In this document: positions 36,449 through 44,904 of the stretch, in pieces
How the letters are laid out: each line of letters opens with the position of its first letter
Position numbering within the stretch: the stretch's first letter is position 1
From: Polyangiaceae bacterium
GTDB taxonomy: Bacteria; Myxococcota_A; Polyangia; Polyangiales; Polyangiaceae
Assembly (NCBI GenBank): GCA_965222375.1
Contig: CBDCTZ010000013.1
Location: forward strand, 512,001-576,000
DNA: 64,000 nt
Reading direction: 5' to 3'
Notes under the pieces: generated by a model
The model's input: the letters and a program-made list of their open reading frames with translations, nothing else
Database searches by the model: none
Told to the model about the DNA's origin: nothing
Translations under genes and position numbers: made by a program

Positions 36449-37953
36449 GCCGCAGCGGGAGGCGGAGCCGCAAACATCGTGATGGCGGCAGCCGAGAGAC
36501 CGGCCATGGCCAGCAGGAACAGCGACAAGAGCAACAAGATGGCGAGCCATCGCCTTGGGAGGGGACCGGCGTCTCGGCCCGCCTGGTTGAGCTCGGGTTC
36601 CAACCCGCTCAGGCGAGTCCGATTCGCCTCCAGCTTGGCCTGCAGCCGCCGACGTTTGGACAGCCCGACGGCGAAACCGAGCAAGACGCCCAAAGGAAAG
36701 ACGAAAACACATGTGACGGCGTACATCGTAACGCCGCCGCCGGGAACTTCGAGATGCGGAAAGAGCGACGCGTGTTGTATCAGCTGCATCGACTCCATCT
36801 GGCTCGGACGCAAAGCCTCGCTATCGCAGAGCACCGCATGGTGTACCGAGCCATTGCTGCTCCAATAGTGATAGGTGGCGGGCGATCGGCAGCCGTCACA
36901 CAAGGCACCGCACACGGGGATGGCAACCGCTCCGATGAGTGGCCCGCGTTTGGTGGCGCAGCCTTCGATGGAAAACAAGAAGGCCAATGTCAGGCTGATG
37001 AAGGGGGCCCAGGCCAGAGCGGACGCAACGGGAAAGCCCCAAGCCCGCACGTTTGCTATCTCTGTGGCAAGGGCGCGAGCAGTGCGCTGCATGGGAGCCA
37101 GGCGAGTTTGAGAAGCTAACCCTTCGTGCTGAGCAAGATCGATCAGCTTGGCCTCGTCGAGTTTGGCAACGTACTTCGTCCACAGTGCAGCAGCCTCCGC
37201 GAAGCGCCGACTGAGTTCGAGGGCCGAGATGCGAACCAGTGTGAAGTGGGGCGCCATGGCCTTTTGCACCGGTACCGCGCCAGGAGCGTCGCCGATCAGC
37301 GATAGCGCGCGTGCCGGATTGGTTTCGGCGAGGCATGCCCGCGCCGTGGCATAGCGAAGCGCGGAATCCAGCTCCAGGACCTCCGGCGCCGGGTCACATT
37401 CCGCGAGCCAGCCCCGGGCCGCCGCCAGCTCTCCGCGCCGGATGGCCTCCAAACACAACTCGGCCCGAATCAGCAGCCGGTGCCCGGGGTCCGGCAGGTG
37501 GTTCAAAGCCGTCTCCAGCTTCGCCCGGGCACCTTCATGCTGATCGGATTTCGACAGTAGCCGCGCCGAGTGAATCGCCACCCAGCACAGCGCCCGCTGA
37601 GGTTGGAGGCCCTCCGGCGCGACGGTTTTAGCATGGCTCCAGAGCCGGTGGAGCGCGGCAAGATCGTTCACGGACTCCACCGTGGCGCCTTCGAACATCA
37701 GGCTCGGCGGCAGGCACGTCAGATCGTAGACGCCACCGACAACGGGATGCTCTCGCTGCGCCTTCAACTGGGCGAGCCTCGCGACCTCTTGTGCGGGGGT
37801 CAGAGGCCCGCGGACGTCGTTAGGGCGGGCAGTCACTTGGTTGTGAGTGCCGCAAAAGCCGCACTTTGCTGACGATGGGTCGATGACGGTCAGGGGTGCA
37901 CCACAATTGGCGCACTCGACGACCCGCGCGCGGACGTCGTAGGGCGTCATCAC
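36439..37953 (-). CDS. Hypothetical: N-terminal zinc ribbon, TPR-like helices, C-terminal TM segments
   Basis: CANCGAPL...CGFCG; three hydrophobic segments. Confidence 0.75.
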   Translation of the reverse strand: MMTPYDVRARVVECANCGAPLTVIDPSSAKCGFCGTHNQVTARPNDVRGPLTPAQEVARLAQLKAQREHPVVGGVYDLTCLPPSLMFEGATVESVNDLAALHRLWSHAKTVAPEGLQPQRALCWVAIHSARLLSKSDQHEGARAKLETALNHLPDPGHRLLIRAELCLEAIRRGELAAARGWLAECDPAPEVLELDSALRYATARACLAETNPARALSLIGDAPGAVPVQKAMAPHFTLVRISALELSRRFAEAAALWTKYVAKLDEAKLIDLAQHEGLASQTRLAPMQRTARALATEIANVRAWGFPVASALAWAPFISLTLAFLFSIEGCATKRGPLIGAVAIPVCGALCDGCRSPATYHYWSSNGSVHHAVLCDSEALRPSQMESMQLIQHASLFPHLEVPGGGVTMYAVTCVFVFPLGVLLGFAVGLSKRRRLQAKLEANRTRLSGLEPELNQAGRDAGPLPRRWLAILLLLSLFLLAMAGLSAAAITMFAAPPPAAAQS

Positions 37954-37987
37954 CTGTACATGAGTCAGCGACGCGCTGCGCGGGCCA

Positions 37988-38659
37988 TCAAGGGCCGACT
38001 AGGGTCCAGCTGCAGTGCCCCTGAACGCAGGTCGGCACGAAGTGACTTGGGATGGGTGGTGGGGCGCACGGCGGGCACGCGCCCGCAAAGGGCGAACACA
38101 CTTCTTGTTCCAGATTGGCGTTCTTGTTGTAGGCGATCAACTCGTCCGGCTTGCCTTCACCGCAGGACTCGCAACAGCGGCTACCCCAACGCAGGCGGCA
38201 ATCACCCTGGGTCTTGCACGCACTCAGTTCGTCCCGGCGCAGATCCACGCCGGTACAGATGCCAGCGCGGCACAGGGCGAGGTTGTTTGGGTTTTCCGCA
38301 TTGACGCAGTCGGGGCAGAGCACGTCATCAGCACAAACCACATTCGAATAGTCGCTCGCGTGCTTTGTATTGATGGCCTCGAATCCCTTGATGCTCGCGT
38401 TGGGATCGCAGTATCCGCAGCAGTTCGTGGGGGACAGCACGCAAGTGCCTTTTTCGGTGCACTTCTTCCAACCAGCCAGACCAGGTAGGTTGCCGGTCCC
38501 GCCGGTACCCGTGCCCCCGTTGCCTCCACCCGTACCACCCAGGGCGCCTCCACTTCCGCCAGCGGAGCTCCCACCGGTCGCCGCACCGTCTTGGGTACTG
38601 CCGCCACAGGCGGCTACACACAGCAGGGCGACAGCACATTGAATCGTGAGTTTGAGCAT
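37988..38659 (-). CDS. Cys-rich lipoprotein with Gly linker and duplicated Cys module
   Basis: Lipobox VAAC; two C..C..CCxxC modules. Confidence 0.8.
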   Translation of the reverse strand: MLKLTIQCAVALLCVAACGGSTQDGAATGGSSAGGSGGALGGTGGGNGGTGTGGTGNLPGLAGWKKCTEKGTCVLSPTNCCGYCDPNASIKGFEAINTKHASDYSNVVCADDVLCPDCVNAENPNNLALCRAGICTGVDLRRDELSACKTQGDCRLRWGSRCCESCGEGKPDELIAYNKNANLEQEVCSPFAGACPPCAPPPIPSHFVPTCVQGHCSWTLVGP

Positions 38660-38717
38660 GGCTGATAGCGAGCATGCCAAAAGCTGCGCCCGCGGGCCAC
38701 TGTGCTAAGAGCGGGCC

Positions 38718-40160
38718 ATGCGCAAGCTTGGGTTGATTGCCGTCGCGCTACTCCTGGGCGGGGGCTGCGGCTCGAAAAGCGGTCTCGCACTGCCCTCATC
38801 ATCTGGAAACGGGGGCAGCGGAGGCCTGTCCTCGACGGGTGGGGGGCCTCCCGGGGGCGGGCCTTCCGGGGGGACCTCGGGCTTCGGCGGTAGCGCCGGC
38901 TCCGTCACCGTCTTGCCCGACTGTGTCTACGAAGAGACCTCGAAACCGGTCGAGGTCTTTCAATGGAGTGACGGCTTGCGCTCACCACTACTCGCGACTC
39001 TGAGTGGCGGCGTCCCGAACGGACATGCTCAGCTTGCAGTGGCCGTCACCCACGGGCACTTCTGGCATCCCGACATTCGCGTCGCACAGGTGAGCATCGG
39101 TCCGACGGGGCTGCATCTGCTGAGCGTGGTCAAGAAGATGACCCTGTACGGGATCGACTCTCACGCCACAGGGCACCTCATCCGCACAAAAAACGGCAAT
39201 CTGAACCTACTCTACTATCACGGGGATGAGGCCAGTCCGTCGGTGGTGCCCGGCGTCAAGTTTCGCCGTTTCGATACTGGCACTTGGAAGCCCCTGCCGG
39301 AGACAACGATCGAAGACAAGGCCAGCTTCGCATTCGACATGGTGGCGGGACCCGGGGTCAACGAAAGTGGCACCTTTTCGGGCACGGGCCGATTCATTGC
39401 CTGGCGCGGAGCTGTTTTCGGCGACAGCATCGTGGAAACCAAAGTTGGGTTGATCAACGAGAATGGCAAGCTGCTGCGCGGCCCCGTGGTTGCCGCTGGG
39501 CCCGCCAGCTACGGACAGTTCGGAGCGGCGGTCGCCTGGACGGGTTCCAACTACCTGGTCGCGACCAACGAGATGCTGTGCCTGGATGATCAACCCTGTT
39601 CCAACGGCATCACGGTTTCGCGGTTCCTGCCGGGAGGGGGCAACAATGCTTCCCTGAGTCACACCGCGGCATTTCCCGCGGATCCGATGCTGCGGGCGCG
39701 TACACCCCAGCTGTCCGGGTTGGGCGACACGGCATTCGCCGTGTGGCGGGAAGTCGGGGAAGAGCCGGGCACCGTTCAGACCTTGCGAGTGAATGTCCTG
39801 GATGGGTCAGGCAACTCGATTGGGAAGGAGACCACTTACCCAATCCAGGGCACCGCTGGCCCCATCCTTCACACGTCGAACCAAGGTGCAGCCGTGCTGT
39901 ACAGCGAATTGGGCGACAGCGATGGCCCCAGTGACGCATTCGGCCACACGCAAATCATGCTTCAACAACACGCCAAGACTGGGCAGCCCTTGCAGACCTA
40001 CGCGCTGCAGACCACATCCTTGACCTCCGGCTCGCCCTACGCGGTCGCGCCCTTGGACCACCCTCGCGGGCTCGTCGTGGCGTGGACAGGTCGATCGAAG
40101 ATCGGGGAGCCAACCTCGGCGCTCTACCTCTCATTCTTGAGCTGCAAGCCGGTCGAGTGA
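38718..40160 (+). CDS. Hypothetical lipoprotein, beta-rich
   Basis: Signal with GGGC; Gly linker; repeated beta motifs (VAWTG, AVW). Confidence 0.8.
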   Translation: MRKLGLIAVALLLGGGCGSKSGLALPSSSGNGGSGGLSSTGGGPPGGGPSGGTSGFGGSAGSVTVLPDCVYEETSKPVEVFQWSDGLRSPLLATLSGGVPNGHAQLAVAVTHGHFWHPDIRVAQVSIGPTGLHLLSVVKKMTLYGIDSHATGHLIRTKNGNLNLLYYHGDEASPSVVPGVKFRRFDTGTWKPLPETTIEDKASFAFDMVAGPGVNESGTFSGTGRFIAWRGAVFGDSIVETKVGLINENGKLLRGPVVAAGPASYGQFGAAVAWTGSNYLVATNEMLCLDDQPCSNGITVSRFLPGGGNNASLSHTAAFPADPMLRARTPQLSGLGDTAFAVWREVGEEPGTVQTLRVNVLDGSGNSIGKETTYPIQGTAGPILHTSNQGAAVLYSELGDSDGPSDAFGHTQIMLQQHAKTGQPLQTYALQTTSLTSGSPYAVAPLDHPRGLVVAWTGRSKIGEPTSALYLSFLSCKPVE

Positions 40161-40167
40161 GGACAGG

Positions 40168-40737
40168 TTGAAACGGGCCATCCTGATTGCCGCATCGACG
40201 GTATGCCTGAGCGTCCCGCGCCTGGCGAACGCCCACGAGTTGTTTCTCGGTGTTGGCCCCGCTGCGGGCTTCAGCACTGGCAACGACTGGAGTGGCGACG
40301 GCGTGATCCCCTACGCCGCATCTCGCTTCGGCTACCGGTCCAACTCTCCCATTGGCGTGGTCGCTAACCTGCGTGAGGGCTACGCCAAGGTCGACGAGCG
40401 CCTGATCACGCTGCTCGGCTTTGGGGTGGAAGGCCGGCTCGAATTGGACGGGGTGACGCCGTGGTTACGCCTGTCGTGGTTGCACCAGCATGAAGAGAGC
40501 ATCGACTTCGCGAAGGAAGAGCCTTTCGGTGTGTTGTTCGGGGTCGGCCGCGGGATCCGCCATCGCGGGGGAGTGGGCTTTGGCCTTGGCGCGGATGTTC
40601 CCTTCGCGAAGAGTGGCGATATCGACTGGTTCTTCGGTGGAGAACTCTTCGCGGACTACTTGTTCGCCAGCGAAGCGCCGGGCCCGGATCTCTACGCCGG
40701 CGCTGCTCTCAGTATCGGCGGAAGTCACCGATGGTGA
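40168..40737 (+). CDS. Small outer-membrane beta-barrel-like protein
   Basis: Signal peptide (ANA), alternating beta strands, terminal Trp. Confidence 0.7.
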   Translation: MKRAILIAASTVCLSVPRLANAHELFLGVGPAAGFSTGNDWSGDGVIPYAASRFGYRSNSPIGVVANLREGYAKVDERLITLLGFGVEGRLELDGVTPWLRLSWLHQHEESIDFAKEEPFGVLFGVGRGIRHRGGVGFGLGADVPFAKSGDIDWFFGGELFADYLFASEAPGPDLYAGAALSIGGSHRW

Positions 40738-41087
40738 GGTGTTCCGCCGCTACGCTGATCGCGCTGGGGTTGCTGAGCTGCAGCTCCAAACCGAGCCTCG
40801 ATGAGTATCCCTGCCCCGACAACGGAACGACACTCACCTATGCGAACTTCGGGCAGCCCTTCATGGACGCTTGGTGCAACGAATGCCACTCGGCCGAGGA
40901 GGGCGACCGGCAAGGCGCACCGACGGACGTGCGCTTAGACACCTTGGCCGGAGTTCGGCGATGGGACGACCGGGTGTTCGCGCGCTCGGCCCTAGACCGA
41001 GTCAGCATGCCCCCGGGCCTGGGCGACCCGCCTCGCGCGGATCGCGATCGCTTGGCGGAGTGGCTGGCCTGCGGCTCGCCGGAGTAG
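40731..41087 (+). CDS. Monoheme c-type cytochrome lipoprotein
   Basis: Lipobox LLSC; CNECH heme motif; MPP distal Met. Confidence 0.85.
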   Translation: MVRCSAATLIALGLLSCSSKPSLDEYPCPDNGTTLTYANFGQPFMDAWCNECHSAEEGDRQGAPTDVRLDTLAGVRRWDDRVFARSALDRVSMPPGLGDPPRADRDRLAEWLACGSPE

Positions 41088-41117
41088 CCGAGATGCAAGC
41101 AGAGCCGCGCCGCGTCT

Positions 41118-42866
41118 TCAGCGTCGCTGGTTGCAGGCCGAGTCCGGGAGCTTCGGTTTGCGGTCGAATCCCTGGCCCGTGACGAAGCCGCCGCTCGGAC
41201 GAAAGCTGAGCCGGACGCTCTTTCCCCCGCGCTGCACGTCGAGCACGACGTCCCGCTCCAAGTCGCCCTTCACGTTCCGAATGACCTTGATGACGTCACC
41301 TTCGCGAAGTCCGGCCCGAGCCGCGCTGCCCTTTGCGACCACCTGCGTTGCCAGAGTCGTTCCTTCTTCGTCAGTCGAGGGAACAAAACCTGGATTGTAG
41401 ATTTCGTAGCGACGCCTTGCCGTGGCGAAACAAGGGCCCATGGTCTCTAGGGGAGCCACGGGCAAGCTATCACCTCGCAGTACTCCCGAGTCCAGCCTAA
41501 GAGCGTTTTCGCCAAGCTCCTTTTGCACCACGGTGACGAAGGCGTTGGGGCTGAGGGGAGCGCGCTTCTCCCGCGCCTGGGCGTACAACTCTTTGAGCAC
41601 ATGATCCAAGCTGCGCTTGCCATTGCTCTTCTTCCGAATTGCACCGTCTAGCACCAGCGCGTAGAGCGCACCTCGCGCCACGATGATTGCGGCCGCCGCG
41701 TCCGGGTCTGCGCGCTTGAGGGCGTGTAGAGGTGTCTTCTTCAACGGGCTCGTCGCGTAGATGCGCAGCATCTGCTCGACGTCGTTTCGAAATTCCTCTG
41801 GGGTGAGGAGGCCAAACCGAAATAGAAGCTCCCGGGTCACGGATCGATTCAACCCATCAAGGAACCACGCGCGCTCCTGGGGGAAGTCCACGTCCGAAGC
41901 GGCAACGGCCAACTCGGCACCTATCCACTCGCGCATCAATTGCTGCATCACGGCGATGCGCAGTGGGCCATCCCAGCGTTGCATCAGCCCAACTTGGACC
42001 AGCACCCCCCCGGCGCGGCGCCGGGCGTCAAACTGCCCTGGCTTTCTCGCATCGCTGTGGATGAGCAGGGTGCTGACCCTCGCGCGCTTGGCACCGAAGT
42101 ACTGGCGAGCGCCGCTTCGAAAGCCCGCCACCTCAGCGGCGACTTGTCGCGGATCGAAAGCCGAATACCCGAGCCAGCCCGCTCGGTCGGCGCCCTCGGG
42201 AGCGGAAAACTCTGCGACACCCACGTCTCCGATCAGAAGGGTGCTCCGCCACAAGGCGACGTTGGAGAGGGTGGCGCTGCTAGTGGTTCCTAACCCCAAG
42301 GTCGACGCTACCGTCGCCCTGGGACTGAACCCCCTTGCGTCGACGGAAATCCCGACGGGCACTCGCGTCTTGCGACTCCCCTCCGGCAATAACAGGACAG
42401 CCTCGCCGGACAGGCGGGCTTGGTTGGGGTCCATGGCTGGCGACAGGGCCTCGTCTGCGGCGAAGGCCTGCGCGGCAATCGTGTAGCGCGCAGTGACCTT
42501 GCCCTGAGGCGCGCGAGACAGCACCGCGCGCAGAGCGAAGCGCGATCCCCGCGCTACTTCATGCGGAACCAAGCCGGCATCGTCGGTGAAGCGAAGCGCA
42601 CCCAGCACTTTGGCACCCTGGGGCGCTTCCCAACGCCTGCTGCCCTCATGCAGATGGCTATCGATCTCGACTTCGAACCGGCCGTTCGTGGGTACCGGCC
42701 TGATCCGTATTTCGAGCACACCGGCCGGCGACGCGGGAGCCGCGCGTGCCGAGTGCGGCGTTTCATCGAGCCGTTCAGCGCCGGCGCAGGGCCGTACGGG
42801 ACTAGGCTGCGCAGAACCGCAGGCGACCAGCGCGCTGGTCAATAGAGGCAAGACGAGGGAGCGCAT
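41118..42866 (-). CDS. M61/gluzincin-like lipoprotein with C-terminal PDZ; zinc motif degenerate
   Basis: Lipobox LVAC; QQLMREWIG at the HExxH position; WFLDG; ARGAL..L.LD; SAARAGLREGDVI (PDZ). Confidence 0.75.
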   Translation of the reverse strand: MRSLVLPLLTSALVACGSAQPSPVRPCAGAERLDETPHSARAAPASPAGVLEIRIRPVPTNGRFEVEIDSHLHEGSRRWEAPQGAKVLGALRFTDDAGLVPHEVARGSRFALRAVLSRAPQGKVTARYTIAAQAFAADEALSPAMDPNQARLSGEAVLLLPEGSRKTRVPVGISVDARGFSPRATVASTLGLGTTSSATLSNVALWRSTLLIGDVGVAEFSAPEGADRAGWLGYSAFDPRQVAAEVAGFRSGARQYFGAKRARVSTLLIHSDARKPGQFDARRRAGGVLVQVGLMQRWDGPLRIAVMQQLMREWIGAELAVAASDVDFPQERAWFLDGLNRSVTRELLFRFGLLTPEEFRNDVEQMLRIYATSPLKKTPLHALKRADPDAAAAIIVARGALYALVLDGAIRKKSNGKRSLDHVLKELYAQAREKRAPLSPNAFVTVVQKELGENALRLDSGVLRGDSLPVAPLETMGPCFATARRRYEIYNPGFVPSTDEEGTTLATQVVAKGSAARAGLREGDVIKVIRNVKGDLERDVVLDVQRGGKSVRLSFRPSGGFVTGQGFDRKPKLPDSACNQRR

Positions 42867-42888
42867 CAGCCAGGCGGACTGCCCCACC

Positions 42889-43857
42889 TCACTGACAAAC
42901 ACCGCCAACACACGTTTGGCCGCCAGCGCAGGCTCTGCCGCACCGACCGCAGTTCGCGACATCCGTCTGAAGATCTTTGCAGCCCGCGGGGCTGGAGCAG
43001 CACGTCGTTCCAGCGGCGCACGCGCCTCCGCCGTTGCAGGAGCACTTCAAGTTCGGGCCGGCGGCTTTGCAGGCCTCACCCGGCCGACAGATGGTGGCGT
43101 TACACACACAGAGCCCAGTGCCACTGCAGGACGCGGTGCCCGGAGCTCCGACATTCTTGCACTGAGCCGCCGCGGTGCAGCCGCAGGTCAAGTTGCTACA
43201 CGTGAATCCAATGGGAAAGCCCTGAGCAGTGCAATCGTTGAAGCAATTGCCGCAGTGGACGTCATTGGAGACATTCAAGTTGACGCAGGTGCCGCCGCAC
43301 AAGGTCTCGCTACCGCCACAACCGCCGCCACTGCCGCCGGTCGCTCCACCTGTGCCACCCGTGGCCCCGCCGGTACCGCCCGTCACTCCACCTGTGCCAC
43401 CCGTGGCCCCGCCGATACCGCCCGTCGCGCCACCCGTGCCACCGCTCGCTCCGCCGCTGCCACCGGTCGCTCCACCTGTGCCACCTGTGGCCCCACCGGT
43501 ACCGCCCGTCGCGCCACCCGTGCCACCGCTCGCTCCGCCGCCACCGGTCGCGCCACCTGTGCCACCCGTGGTCCCGCCAGTACCGCCCGTCGCGCCACCC
43601 GTGCCACCGCTCGCTCCGCCGCTGCCACCGGTGGCTCCACCGGATCCGCCGGGCGCACCAGCACTGCCTCCCGTCGCGCCCGCAGAGCCGCCGCCACCCG
43701 TGGCCGCAACGCCGCCGCTGCCCGTACCGCCAGCTCCGGAGCCCGCCACCGCGCCGGTAGAGCCCGCATCCTGGCCATCCGCCACGGTGAACTGGTCGTA
43801 GTCGTTCGTACACGCGACGGGCGCGAGCATCGCCAGGAGCCAAGCACAGCGTCGCAT
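42889..43857 (-). CDS. Gly/Thr-linker Cys-rich lipoprotein
   Basis: Lipobox PVAC; (GGTGGAT)n; DVHCGNCFNDC and DVANCGRCGRAC motifs. Confidence 0.88.
   Translation of the reverse strand: MRRCAWLLAMLAPVACTNDYDQFTVADGQDAGSTGAVAGSGAGGTGSGGVAATGGGGSAGATGGSAGAPGGSGGATGGSGGASGGTGGATGGTGGTTGGTGGATGGGGASGGTGGATGGTGGATGGTGGATGGSGGASGGTGGATGGIGGATGGTGGVTGGTGGATGGTGGATGGSGGGCGGSETLCGGTCVNLNVSNDVHCGNCFNDCTAQGFPIGFTCSNLTCGCTAAAQCKNVGAPGTASCSGTGLCVCNATICRPGEACKAAGPNLKCSCNGGGACAAGTTCCSSPAGCKDLQTDVANCGRCGRACAGGQTCVGGVCQ
43330..43640. repeat. Coding tandem repeat, about 21-bp units with higher-order duplication
   Basis: CCGCCCGTCGCGCCACCCGTGCCACCGCTCGCTCCGCCG recurs three times. Confidence 0.85.
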
Positions 43858-44876
43858 CAGAACCGCCCACTCACCGTGACGGACCCGGGCCCAACGCCGA
43901 CTCGAGTGGGTTTTTCCCCACCAGAATCCAAAGCGAATAGCGCGATGCTAGTTCCCACGCCAACGACACCGACGACCAGCCCAACATTGGCAAAGGTCTG
44001 GTAGTTCCGCCCAGTGTCGATGTCAGACTGGGTGCCGGCCGGGCAGGGCCCCCCTTTGCACTCGTCCTCCAGGTCCTTGAACTTCGAGTTGTTCAGGGCC
44101 CCCAACACCGCGAAAGTCGCTAGCCCAGCAACGCCGACACCGCCGGCGATGAAGGCGTAGGGCTTGAGGGATGTGGCTTCCTCCTGCGGCGCAGGCTTGT
44201 CTTCCTGAGGCGGCGGCAGGGGCGCATCCTGGATCGGCGTAACGGCCGGCACCTCCGGTTGGGGTTCCGACTCCGCAAGATCGATAGCAACACTTCCTTC
44301 ACTTCCTGGCGATACCGTGATGGTTCGAATGACGCTACCTCGAGCCGGGATCTTGGCAACGATCTGGATCTTACCCGCCGCGACGGCGATGGGGTTCGCC
44401 AGATCCGCCACAGTGACGCGGCGCGCGCCAACGGTCAGAACCGTACCGTCGGGGATACTCTCCACCGTGAGCGTGACGAACGCGATTTGCTTGCGCAACG
44501 CCTCGACCTCGGCGCGACCAGCCTTCGCAGCCTTTGCGTACTTCTTTTCCTTGCTCGCCGCGAGATCCGCATCTGCAACCGCGCCGGAGAACTCGTCGTA
44601 GGCTTCGCCAACTCGTCCCAATTCCCTCAGGCACCTAGCTATTTGGAGGCGGGTATTGGGACTGGCCACTATTTCCCACGACGCCCGGTACGCCGAGACA
44701 GCCTCCTCGAAACGCCTAGCGTCGAAGAGTTCGTCCGCCGCCAAGAACGTCTTCTGGGCGCCTCGCCACTGCTCTTGGGTGGCGTCCCCGACGGGTACAC
44801 CCTTGGCAAACGCTGGGCGCGGCCCGGCCAGCATCGCCGCAAAAAGGCCGATCAGAAGGAAGCGGGGCGTACCCAT
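43857..44876 (-). CDS. Exported TPR + PEGA-like protein with C-terminal membrane segments and terminal Phe
   Basis: Signal (AFA); SPNTRLQIARCLRELGR TPR; ends GSVTVSGRF; TGATG overlap with the next gene. Confidence 0.85.
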   Translation of the reverse strand: MGTPRFLLIGLFAAMLAGPRPAFAKGVPVGDATQEQWRGAQKTFLAADELFDARRFEEAVSAYRASWEIVASPNTRLQIARCLRELGRVGEAYDEFSGAVADADLAASKEKKYAKAAKAGRAEVEALRKQIAFVTLTVESIPDGTVLTVGARRVTVADLANPIAVAAGKIQIVAKIPARGSVIRTITVSPGSEGSVAIDLAESEPQPEVPAVTPIQDAPLPPPQEDKPAPQEEATSLKPYAFIAGGVGVAGLATFAVLGALNNSKFKDLEDECKGGPCPAGTQSDIDTGRNYQTFANVGLVVGVVGVGTSIALFALDSGGEKPTRVGVGPGSVTVSGRF

Positions 44877-44904
44877 GCGAGCGGGAACATAGCATGGACA
44901 GCCA

